DNA from: Azolla caroliniana
Taxonomy: Eukaryota > Plantae > Polypodiophyta
Assembly: GCA_043228905.1 (NCBI GenBank)
Contig: JBHGNT010000004.1
Location: 12,586,001-12,650,000 of the forward strand
DNA: 64,000 nucleotides
Direction: 5' to 3'
Shown here one piece after another: positions 1 through 11,700 of this stretch. Position 1 is the stretch's first letter, and each line of letters begins with the position of its first letter. The translations under genes and the position numbers were made by a program. A model generated the notes under the pieces. It was not told where the DNA came from. It saw only the letters and a list, made by a program, of their open reading frames with translations, and ran no database searches.

Positions 1-2480
1 ATGGTGGCTCGGTTCCTGGAGATGAATGGAAGACTGCCTTTCGCACGCGGTATGGGCATTTCGAGTATACTGTTATGCCGTTCGGCCTAACCAATGCACC
101 CGCAGTCTTCCAACACATGGCAAATGATATATTCAGAGACCTCTTGGATATCTGTTTGATCATCTATTTGGATGATCTATTGATTTATTCAAAGACCCAG
201 GAAGAGCACGATTCTCATGTACTATTAGTACTAAAGCGACTCCGCGAGAATGCTCTTTATGCCAAGCTAGAAAAATGTAGCTTTGACTGCAACCAAGTGG
301 AATTTCTAGGGTACGTCATCTCCTCAAAGGGCATCGCCATGGATCCAGCTAAAATCCAAACTGTACTAGAGTGGCAAATTCCACGGTCGGTACAAGATGT
401 ACAATGCTTTTTAGGTTTTGCTAACTTCTACCGTAAGTTTATACAGGATTACTCAAAGATTATTTTACCTCTCACACAACTTACGAAGAAGGGCCAAGAA
501 TTTCTTTGGTCTAGCGAAGCAGATATGACTTTTCGGCATCTTAAGAAAGCCTTTACATCAGCACCCATTCTAGCTCATGTGGATACAAGCAAACAATTCA
601 TCATGGAGGCCGACGCATCCGATTTCGCCCTCGGTAGCATCCTTTCTCAACAAGGAGATAAAGAAGAGTTGCATCCTGTGGCTTTCCATTCGCGCAAATT
701 CGATGTCGCGGAAATCAACTACGAAATACATGACAAGGAGTTATTAGCCATTGTGGATTCATTTGTGTAATGGCGGCATTTCTTAGAGGGCTCTCCACAT
801 CAGGTCATTGTCTTTAGCGATCATAAAAATCTTGCTTATTTCTAGAACACTCACGTACTTAATCGACGGCAAGCTCGGTGGGCGCAATTCCTCACGCGTT
901 TCAACTTCAAAATCACATATCGACCGGGGAAGCAGCAAGGAAAAGTAGATGCACTATCACGGCGTTCATATCTTGCACCTCGTCCTGGTGATGCAACATT
1001 TGATAATCAAAAGCAAGTAATCTTGGGACCAACACGATTGCACACAACGCGGATTTTTCACACCCCGATGGATTCACGGATTACCAATGACATATGTGCA
1101 ATCTTGAAGACGGATAGTTTGGCTCAAGACATCCTGGCACACATTGATACTTCTCGGGCATCCTGTTCTCAGTCTCAACAACCAGGTATTGACTACCGAC
1201 AATTTGAATATCATGATGGTTTGTTATTCTTTAAAAAGCGCGTATATGTCCCCGATTGCTCTTGTCGCCTTCAAATCATCCAGCATTGTAACGACACCCA
1301 TACGGCGGGACATTTCGGTAATACTAAGAAGTTGGAGCTAGTGCAACGATCTTTTTGGTGGCCCCACATGCGCCGTTTTGTCGATGACTACGTTCGGACC
1401 TGTGATGCTTGCTGTCGAGCAAAGATGCCACGACACCATCCATATGGCTTGTTGGAACCCTTACCGATTCCAAGTAAGCCGTGGCAGTCTATTTGTCTTG
1501 ATTTTATCACAGATCTGCCGGTCTCGAAGGGGTTCGATGCTATCCAGATGGATCTCTCTACTCACCTTCGTCATGCTCAACACACACAGAAGGCTTATGC
1601 GGATCGTCATTGGATTCCCTCCTCTTTTGCCATTGGAGATCGAGTATGGCTCTTATGTCGTCATATGAGGTCACATTCCACATTGATCTCCCTCCGCAGC
1701 TTCACATACATCCGATTTTCCATTGCTCTCTTCTTGAACCTTATAAAGCAAACACCATTCCCGATCGTGTGACACTACCGCCACCCCCGCTGGAGTTCGA
1801 CGCCGGCCCGGAGTATGAAGTTGCTGCCATCCTCGATTCCAAACTTGTTCGCAACAAACTGTATTATTTGGTTGATTGACTCGGTTATAGTCCGAGTGAA
1901 CGTACTTGGGAACCCGTTGAGCATGTTGCCAATGCTCAAGATCTTCTTGCTGATTTCCACTGAAAGTATCCGAACAAACCCGGTCCGCAATCAGCGTCGA
2001 CTCGTTCCACTCATCGCCTTTAAGGGGGAGATAGTGTCATGATATGGCTAGACTCGAACCCATGACCTTATGCTACATGGGTCGAGCTCTTACCATTAGA
2101 CTATGAATTGTAATTTGTAGAATATTATTTTCATTTATGCTTTATCATAGAAAATTGATGTATATTCCAGGTCTCTCTAGAACATTCTAGAAGCTTCAGG
2201 ATTATTCCTAAAAACACTATAAAAGGAGGCACAAGGCATTGTTTTGAACCAAATTGGTTCAACGCCAGTCTTAAGACTCTTAGCGGCTTGTACTTATCTT
2301 TTCACATAATATATTAGCTGCTGTTATCATCTCTCTCTCTCTCTCTCTTTGTCTCGCTATCTCTCTCTCCTATTTTGACTTCCTCTCTCGGGAATCTTAC
2401 GCAGTCCCGTCCTCTTAGTACTAATAGTACTGCTCTTCTTTAGTACTAATTCCATCTCTGCTTTAGTACTATTCCTGACA
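1..2480 (+). mobile_element. Ty3/Gypsy chromovirus (Tcn1/Tf-like), 3' part: RT-RNase H-integrase (core deleted)-chromodomain, PPT, 3' LTR
   Basis: ORF 75-770 has RT motifs MPFGLTNAP and YLDD plus RNase H DASDFALG. ORF 1023-1772 has the integrase HHCC zinc finger (GHFG...C..C). Chromodomain EYEVAAILDS..YLVD*LGY...TWEP at ~1810-1990. PPT aagggggagatag at 2022-2034. Several stops and deletions. Confidence 0.93.
2035..2480 (+). repeat. 3' LTR of chromovirus copy 1 (TGTCA...TGACA)
   Basis: Starts TGTCATG directly after the PPT and ends TTCCTGACA; TATA box at ~2217; clearly homologous to the LTR at 22959-23400. Confidence 0.92.
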
Positions 2481-2903
2481 CTTACGAGCCTTGGATGTCC
2501 GGAACCGGAAAGATCTTGGAATGCTTCTAGAGGACACCACTACTGAGAGTGGCCTCACCAATACATGAGAAAACGTGTGGGCCATCATCGTGCGATACAT
2601 AAAGAGGGGTCAATGGCTTGGTAGTGAAGAAAATATGGTTCCGAAACCAATTCTGAAACCAAGATCCAAATTGGAAGACCATCAACCGTGGCCTCGGGAG
2701 ACTACGACCGAGAAGGGAATCGATGCAACCACGGTGGAGCAGTTGCTGAAGGAGATGGAGAATCCGAAAATCGCGATGGTGAAGAAGTCAGATGACTGTC
2801 CCACAAGTTCCAAGTATATGGACCATTTGATGCATATGGTGCGATCACACCGAACATGATCGGAGGGATTGTGATGAGCACAAGGAGGCGCTACGACGAG
2901 ATC

Positions 2904-3323
2904 TGTTACCGGCCGGCAAGGAGTCCAAAATACGGAGTGAAGGAATTAATTAGATATGGTTGTAAATGAGCAAAGTGTGGACGGACGGACTGGAAACGGT
3001 ATGCCGTTCCAGATCCGGACGGATCCCGAATAGGTGCGAGAGGCACCGTTTTGTACTACGGGCCGGAAACCTATTTAAAGGCCCGGACCCTATTGTAATG
3101 ACAGCGGATAATTAATAGAGATTCTGATGTTTATACTTCTGTCTTGATTTCCGTTCTGTAATTACTGTTATATCTTACGCGTGTAATTAACCAAAGCAAT
3201 CTAATCGTGAAACCTACGTAAGTCGGTGTAATCGTTGAATCTTAATCCTATGCCGTAATCACCCTTTGGTGAAGTGTCTCCGTGACACCTTGTGTTAGGC
3301 CTTGTCCGGCTAAGCGAATAACA
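2904..3323 (+). repeat. Solo LTR of the Athila-like family, 5-bp TSD AGATC
   Basis: TGTTAC...ATAACA flanked by AGATC at 2899-2903 and 3324-3328. Reverse-complement similarity to the LTR at 5975-6402. Host gag reading resumes after it (RRDLIYYDG). Confidence 0.92.
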
Positions 3324-3463
3324 AGATCTTATCTACTACGACGGAAATCAGATTCATTCGATGGACTCTCGAAAGCCACTCCGATCGAAATTCCGAAAAG
3401 GCGGCATGAAGAAGGTCCTAAAAGAAGAAATTGCAGAGAAAAGCAATTATGTGACAACCCCGG

Positions 3464-4329
3464 TGTCGTAGTGTAATTCGCACACTACGTTAAAATTGCA
3501 TTTTTTTCCTCTGGATGGGACAAGGAGGAACCGGTAAGGAGGAACCAGTAAGGAGAACAGGTGAGAACCGGATGAAGGAGGAACCGGTAAGGAGACCCGG
3601 TAAGAACCGGATCAAGCAAAACCGGCAAGAGCCGGATAAAGAAGGCCGGTGAGAGTCTCTCACTGGATGAAGCGACAGATTTGTAAATAGAAGAAAAGAT
3701 TGTTACATGCAAAGGGCAAGATTTGAACCCTCTACCTCCACGTAGACAAACCCCAACCTTATCATTATACTAACTTATCCTAAGTATTCTAAATATAGAT
3801 TTAATACGTATAAGACCTTTATTTATGCCTACCTTTATTAAAAGGTAATCCATGCATTTTTAGAATGCGTGAATACTTTATTTATAAGAAAAACGTACAC
3901 CAATAAAAAATTACTCGTGCACATCTAGCGAGCATGAGCACTATATTTAAGAAATAAAAGCGTAGTGTAAAAAGCAACTCATGCACATTTAGTGTGCATG
4001 AACACTTTAGAAAAACCATGAAGCTATGCTTAGCCTCTTCCATCCTTATATAAGGAGGAGAGAAAGATGTATGGTGGTGGATTATTTTTTACAAGGATTG
4101 ATCAATCTAATATATTCGTGGGATTCACGAGTTTATCATCAAAATTCTCTTTCTTACAATCTAAATATTGATTAAATACACTATACACTTGGATTCACAA
4201 GTTTTATTTCCTACTTCTCTTTCTACCTATTCATAACTAGCCTTATATTGTATTCTTCTTTCTCCTAGTCCAAAACCTCAGTGGTTCCCACCCGACTCAC
4301 GTAACGATCCGGAACCGAAAGGCACGACA
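3464..4329 (+). repeat. Solo LTR (TGTCGT...ACGACA) related to the atypical Gypsy family, 4-bp TSD CCGG/GCGG
   Basis: Terminal inverted 6-mer. Removing it plus one 4-bp copy restores the host gag frame (NYVTT-A/P-GIRV). Its 3' end matches 19477-19567 and resembles the LTR end at 58225. Internal GAACCGG repeats at 3525-3650. Confidence 0.85.
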
Positions 4330-5974
4330 GCGGGGATACGTGTGGGTGAGTCCTCAAGAGCAAAGGCTTCTTTTTGGCCGGAAGTGCTAGAAAACGCTGA
4401 GAAAATTGACTCTAATGAGATTCGAAGCACCGCAGAAGGCATCCGAGAAGCTACGGGATGGGAGTGCCCCATCGATAAGAATAGCGTGTACGCCCTATGC
4501 CAATTACATGTAGATGAGAAACGACGGCGCACAGATGATGCTGCCGGACCATCAAAGACACCGGAGAGCTAGAACTTCGAAGGGAAGGGGAAGGGAAAAA
4601 CAATTCCAGCATTCAAACTCGCTTCGGACATCAAGCAACGGATGGACTTAAAAAAGGTGTTTGAGGAGAGAATCCTCGATAGCCGGGTAGATTTTTCGCT
4701 TCGGGAATTACTCGGAATAGCGAAGGAGTTCCACGAACTTCTTGTGGATCTCGTGAAGAGAAGAAGACAAAATACGGAGGAAAATGCTCCAAGGGTGAAT
4801 ACAAATACCGTTCTAATGAATGACACCGAAGTAGAGGATGAAATTCCGAACTCCCACTACACTAGGTCACACTGGGCACGCGCAACTACGGAGACTCTGG
4901 TCCGAATCGAAAACATCAAAGAGCCCGTACTAGCATTGATTGATCACGAATCGGAGATCAATTTGATGTCCAAGGAGTTCTAACGGAAGGGGAAGTGGCC
5001 TATTAACACTAATCATGGATGGAAGATCCGAGCAGCCACTAAAGCAACAGAAGATTTATTTGCTGCTTGTCCGGATGTGACGGTGAAGATCGGAGATTGA
5101 CCAAAATTTCTTCTTGCAAGATGAGGTCTCCAACTCCATGATCCTCGGGCAACCCTTTATCATGGCTTCACAGTTGGAGAGAAAGGTGCTCGATAGCGGA
5201 GTGGCTTTTGCACGAATTTGGAGCCAAAGCGGGGGAAAAACCATCAAATTCCTAACCGTTCCATCAAATCACGAAAGGAACAACAGAGAGCTCTTGTCCC
5301 AAACAAAAATGGATTTTTAATGCAGACTGTTGTGGAGCGGGGAAGTAATAGTCCAAGAAGCCCTGATACCCCACACAGGAAGAAAACCCTCGGAGCAAAA
5401 CAAGTATGAATCGGTACGGATGGGGCATCTACATACACGGTCGTAACCGGAGTAATGAAGGAAGAATCCCGAAAGGTGCAAGATGAGTTACGGTCTGCAT
5501 CAATAATAAAAGAAGACGAAGAAATCGTGGGAGTAGTCGAAGAAGTGTTCTATGGGAGCACGCTACAACGGCTTAAAGAGCTTGCAAAAGAAAATAACCA
5601 GGCAGACCGGGTAGTTCAGGTGGAATCGGTCGAGATGTACGAGATCATTGTGAAAATGGGGCCGGATGCACTCCGCAAAGAAGAAGCAATGGTATGTACG
5701 AAATATAAGACCGTGGAAAAGAAGGTGAAACTGGCCGCAGTACTGCTACCAGCCGATAGCGAACAAAAGAGGAAAGAAGTCTCAAGAGATTTGACACTTT
5801 GGAAGTCCGTGGATATTGGACATGCCTTCACGGATGAGACCTGGAAAAAATGTTGGATTGGTGGTGGTTTCCTCTCTCAAAATGAAGAAGAACGGTTTCG
5901 TGAGATGTTGGAGCAGCATGGAAGAGCAAATGCATTCACATCGAGAGAGATATGGTGCACTGATCCAAATATAG

Positions 5975-6402
5975 TGTTATTCCTTAGGGCCGGACAATGG
6001 CCTAACACAGGGTGTCTACGGAAGACACTTCACCAAAGGGGTGTTACGACAAGATAACTTAAGACACAACGATTAATCAGACTTTAATTAGTTACTTAGC
6101 AATATGGCATTAGACTTGATACACGCGTATGATAGAACAATGAGCATAGAATGGTAATCAACATTTAAAGTCTTACATTATCCGTCAAAGTTTTACATTA
6201 TAACCGGGCCTTTATATAGGTCACCGGTGCTGAGTACAAAACGGTGGCAACCGGCACCTGTTCGGAATCAGTCCGAATCCGGATCGGCATACCAATTCCG
6301 GTCCGTCCGTTCACATCTCATAAACTACTTAATTATAATTAATTCCGAATAAACAATCCCTTTCACATTCTGGTCTTTAACTCCTTTGTTGGTCGGGTAA
6401 CA
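5975..6402 (-). repeat. 3' LTR of the Athila-like element
   Basis: On the minus strand it reads TGTTACC...ATAACA with TATA (cctatataaagg); homologous to the solo LTR at 2904-3323. Confidence 0.9.
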
Positions 6403-6469
6403 CATGGCACGCCCGTGGGACAATACCTTGTACGTCGAATCCCACTATCCGGCCCTTAGACTTCGTCCA

Positions 6470-8790
6470 AGATATCTAGAATACTCTGCTCCAGGGTGTG
6501 CAATGGTTCTTCGGAACTCTGTTGTTGCTGTTGTTGTGGCTGTTGTTGTTGTGGTTGTTGTTGTTGTGGCTGTGGCTGTTGTTGCTCCAGCTCCAAATCC
6601 TCTAACTGTAGCTCCTTGGATTGTGTCTAATCGGCTCCTGGTACCAGGGGTTGTGGTGGTAATTCCTTCGTCAACTGCTCTGCCGGATTTGACTCCGGTT
6701 GACTCGCCCCGACCTTGTCTCCGTCCGGTCCTTGCCCCGACGATGGCTCGGACCTCATCACTGAGGTTGACGGTCGCCGCCTGCTTTGCTTCTTCTTTCC
6801 GTAGCCTGGTCCGCTCATAGCTTTCAAACTAGATTTGAGCATCCAGTCGATCATCGTCCAGCTGTGCTACCAGTTGCCGGACCACTGTTGACTGTTCCTC
6901 CGCTAGAGTTACAAAATCTTCTGCTAACTCATCTCTTACGGCAGTGAAGTCCTCCTTTGTTAGCATGTAGCAGTCGTCGCCATCCTTCTGCCGGTTCTCC
7001 GCGTCCGCCCTTAGCAACTGGAGCTCGGCTGTGTGCGTTGCCCATTTGTCCCACCATTGCGCGGAGCTTTCGTCAATCAAGCGTTTTGTCTTGTTCCTCC
7101 ATGCCTGGACAATGACCTGGATCCACTCAAGTCCCATCTTCGATTTGTCCTCCATGGATTTCCGTTCTTCCTTCAATTGCTTGATCAGCGTCACCGTGTC
7201 CGCCTTCTGCTCCCGGTAATGTGACAATTGGTTTTGGCAGGTGTTCTGCAACCTCTGCAATACCATTGTCGCTCTTTCCTTTTCTTCATAATGCTGCTTA
7301 TGGAGCTCCATACGTTCATGTGTGGCTTCCTCTAGTAGTGTGGTTCTTTTAGCCCGTTCTTCCGCTAGCGCTGTCTCGGCTCGATGAACTTCCTACCGGA
7401 GCTCTACCATCTTCTCCTGCTGCTTCTTATGCTCCGCATCCAGGTGCTTATAGTCCCGGTGCAGGTGCTCAAAATCATCGGTCTTCTGCTTCAACTTAGG
7501 GTTGAGTTTTCGGCGAGCGTAGTCTTCCCGATCTTTCTGTTGACGGAGTTCTTCTTTAATTCTTTCAATCTCCGTTTCCGCCATCCCTCGCAGCTTCTCC
7601 TTTTCTTGCAACACTTTCTCTTTCTCCTCCTTAAGCCAGTCATATGCATGATGTCCTTTCCGCAGATTCTCTTCTGCCCGGCGTAGGTTCTCAGCAATCT
7701 TTCTTTGTTCTTCTTCTGCCGCTTTCTTCAAGTCCCTTTCTCGGGTGCGTAATGCTTCTTGTGCGGCCAGTTCATCTTTCAATTCAGCAAGCTCTTTTGC
7801 TTGCGCCGCCACTATCTCCGGGACTGGTTCCGTCTCCAGGGTCTTATTACTATGTACAGGTGCTGGTGTGTCTTTATTCTGTACATCTACTGGAGTCACC
7901 GGTGCTTGGATTTATGGTTCGGTTAAGGCCATTTTGGCCAATTCTTCTGTGGCCAGGTTCAAGTCTTGTTCTAGGCTCCAGATCCTCGATCGGGTCGTCT
8001 TTAGTTCTCCGGTTGTGACTAGCAACTGGTCCATCTGCGCTTTCTCTTCCGCCTCTATGTAGTGCACCACTCCGGCAATCTGTTCTCCAATCCACCGGAG
8101 CCATTGGCTGTCGGTGCCCTGTTGTTGTGTCTGCACGAAGGGTTGGCTGTTGGTTCCGCTAGCCAGTGGTCGGTCTTGTCTTATTGCATCGAGCTGCAAC
8201 TCTATCTCCCCGGCCTGTTCTGCGGTGCTTGCCTTCCGGCGTCGCTGGAGGTGCTCTAACGGTTCCTCCTCCGCTTCCTCCTCCTGAGTCCTGATGTTGA
8301 CTTTCGTTGCCAAGGGGTCCGGCTCTTGTTGAACCGGTCGGTGCAATATGATCTTGATTGGCCGTGCCAATGTCTCCTCCTCTGTTTCCGCCGGCCACTT
8401 CCTAGTGGCGCGCTCCTTTGCCACCTTGTCCGTGTCGGCCGCCTTCCCTTTGGGTGCCTTAGAGGCCAACAACTGTTGCCGTTTCGAAGCCGTTTTTGGG
8501 GGGGTGCCTTCGGTTGTTCTCTCGCGCTTCATGGTCTTGACGGGCTCGATAGGTGGCGCTAATAGGGTAAGCCATTGCGCCACTGCAGTCCATATTTTCC
8601 GACCCTCCTTTCCTCTTACAGAGTCGATGGCCGCACAGAGGCCATCCGCAATCAGTACCGGCCAGTCCACCTTCATGCCTTCATACATTGCTATGATTAA
8701 GCCGGCTTGGTTCTGAGGCATGCACGGGGGTCGAGGGTATACATGTCCAAATTCATGGATCACACGGGCAATCGCTCGAAATAATGTATG
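6470..8790 (-). pseudogene. Extra retrotransposon ORF between integrase and 3' LTR: coiled-coil-rich protein with a probable Q/P-rich tail, broken by stops
   Basis: ORFs 8763-7912, 7899-7393 and 7311-6829 share one frame, separated only by isolated stops. Long E/K/Q/L heptad-like stretches. CAA/CCA triplet repeat at ~6520-6590. Confidence 0.72.
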
Positions 8791-11700
8791 TTCACTACCC
8801 TGTGTCCCGTAAGCCTTGTTGGCCAGAGAGTATTCGCCAAAATATTTTTGGAGCTGCTCCGGGGTAGGGTTGTCTATCCGAATTGTGGGACTTGCCGGCC
8901 GCGGAACTGCTTGCCGTCGTGTCGTTCTTGCCGTTTGTCGGCTCGTGCTCCCTCTTACCAGCTTCGCGTTTGCTGATTGCTAAAGGTGTTGCCGTCTCTT
9001 CCAACTTACCGGTGTCCGGTTCTGTGTCGGCCTTTACTTGTTCAAATGGGTTTCTTGGCATGGGTCCATTGACCCATTTACCCAGAACCTCGCCGTTGAA
9101 CTCTCGCGTGATCCAGTATGGACCGGTCCACCAAAACCATAGCTTCCCTGGCATCTTACCCATCCGGGTCTAGAATACTAGTATCGGCTTACCGATTTCG
9201 AACATCGTTTCGGTGATGATCCACGAACGCATTCCTTCGCCGTTGCTCTAGTTCTAGGTGCATAATGTTGGCTAGCCGGTGTTCTTCCAATTCACATTGC
9301 GCGGCTAACCGGATCTCTTCCGATTCCTTCTCATTTAGGCATTCCCGAATCTGTATTCGTAAACTCGGTACCTGGAACTCGACCGGCATCACTGCCTCCA
9401 ATCCGAATGCTAGGTAAAACGGTGTTGTGCGGATACTTGTCTTATATGTCGTTCGATAGGCCCAGAGTGCACTGTGTCACTTTGTGTCCCAATCCGTCCG
9501 GTTCTCATTGACGATTTTTCGAAGGATATTCTCATTGACTCGGCTAATCCGTTTGCTTGTGGATAATAGGGAGTGCTTCGTTTGTGCACCACCGCATAGA
9601 ATGTCGTCAAACTTTCCTCTACTTGCCCTAAAAAGTGCCCACCTTGGTTACTTATTAGCTCTATCGAACATCCATACCTGCACCAGATGTATTCATATAA
9701 AAATTTTGCCGTGAATGCCACGGTGTTGTCACGTAGTGCTTTGGCTTCCACCCATTTTGTGCAATAATCCGTAGCGACAATCACGTACCGGTTGCCGGTT
9801 CTCATTGCTGGTGGTTTGAATGGACCGACAAAATCCAGCCCCCATTTCTGAAATGGTTCTAACGGTAGCACGGGTTGGTGAGGCATCCTGGCTTGTTCGG
9901 TTGGTTGGCCCATTCGCTGACATAGGTCGCATTCTTTAGCGTACCGGACTGCATCCTTCAATGTTGTTGGCCACCATAGTCCACTCTGCCATATTTTCCT
10001 TGTCGTAGCGTCTCTGGCATAATGTCCTCCAGCCACTCTACAGTGTGCTTCGCACAATATTATGTCCTTTTCGTCGTTGTGCACTGCACGCCGCCATATG
10101 CCATCTGCGCCTTTGTGGTATAGTGTGTCCTGTAATAGATAGAAATGCCGGCTTTGAACAGCTAAGCGTTTCCTTTCGTCTCTGTTCATCTCCTCCAGAG
10201 GTAAGCCGGTGCTCAGAAATTGGTGCATGTTGGTGAGCCACTTGTCTTCCTCTACGACCATACCATCTGTTGTCGTTTCTGCTGTGACTCTAAACAGTTC
10301 TGCGTCTGGGAACTCGTCTGGGACGCCGTCACCGGTCTCGCCAGAATCTAACCGGCTCAAATAGTTTGCTACCGCATGTTGTATGTCGGGTCGGTGGAAT
10401 ATCTCGAATTCGAATTCTTGTAATAGTAACGTCCACCGGGCTAGCTTACCGGTGAGTGATGCTTTGGACACCAAATAGAGGAGCGCGGAATGATCTACAT
10501 GGAAGGAAAATTTCCTTCCCAACAGATAGTGTCTAAACTTGGTGACACTGTAGATCATGCCCAAGGCCTCTCTTTCCATTGTGGAATAATTACGTTCTGC
10601 TTGGGACAGCTTCCGGCTGGTATAATACACTGGTCGGTACCACTTCAGTTCTGTAAGTTGCATAAGCACGCTCCCGATGGCGATGTCGGACGCGTCAATG
10701 AACACATGGGAACTCTTTAGACCAATCGGGAGGTTGCACCACCGACGCTTGGGACAATAGTAATTTTAGTGCATGGTAAGCCTTGTCTTCTGTGTCCATC
10801 CATTGGAACGGTGTCCGATGTACAGCGGCATGCAATGGTGTAGCCAGGTCTGCAAAATACCAAAGCATTCGGCTATGCCACCGAATTGTCCTAAGAACCG
10901 GCTTAATGCCTTTGCCGTGGTTGGTGCCGGTGCCTCTAAAATAGCTTTGACCTTGTCCGGATCCACTGCAATACCATCCTTGCTCACGATGTGGCCAAGT
11001 AACGCTCCGCTGGACACTCCGAACACGCATTTTGCTGGGTTAAGGCGTAGCTGGTAAACCCTACATTTCTCCAAATATAGTCGGAGGTGTTGAAGGTGAT
11101 CCCCTTCCCTGCTATAAACAGCGAAGTCGTCCAAGAACACTTGCATGAATGCTGGAATGAATTCTCCGAAAATCTCCATGATGATCCGCTGGAAGGTTTC
11201 CGGCGCCATTTTCAGTTCGAACATCATAACTACGACAACAAAGACTCCCCATTCGGTGACAAAAGCAGTTTTCTCCTGGTCATCGGGGTGCATCCGGATC
11301 TGATTATAGCTGATGAAGCCGTCTAGAAAACTGTACACCTCATGACCGGTGACCGCATCCAAGACTCCATCCGTGAAGGGAAGTGTAAAGGCGTCTGTTA
11401 CCGTAGCCGCATTCAATTTCCGGTAGTTGACACAAACTCTTATCTTACCGTTCTTTTTCGGTACTACGACTATCGGACTGAGCCATGTGGCTTTCTTTAC
11501 CAGTTGGATGAAGCCAACCCTTAGCAACTTGTCGATTTCTTCTTTGACTTTTGCTGCGTAATTCGAGTTCATCTGGTAACGCTGTTGCGCTACTAGTTTG
11601 GCGTCTTTACTCAGATGTATTTGGTGTTGATACAACTGAAGATCGAGTCCCCGCATGTCCTCATAGGACCATGAGAACACATCGCGAAATTCTTTTAGGA

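Noticed and set aside
6404-6820. 138-aa plus-strand ORF with a poly-Val, signal-like stretch
   Set aside because: It is the antisense reading of the CAA/CCA repeat in the minus-strand retroelement.
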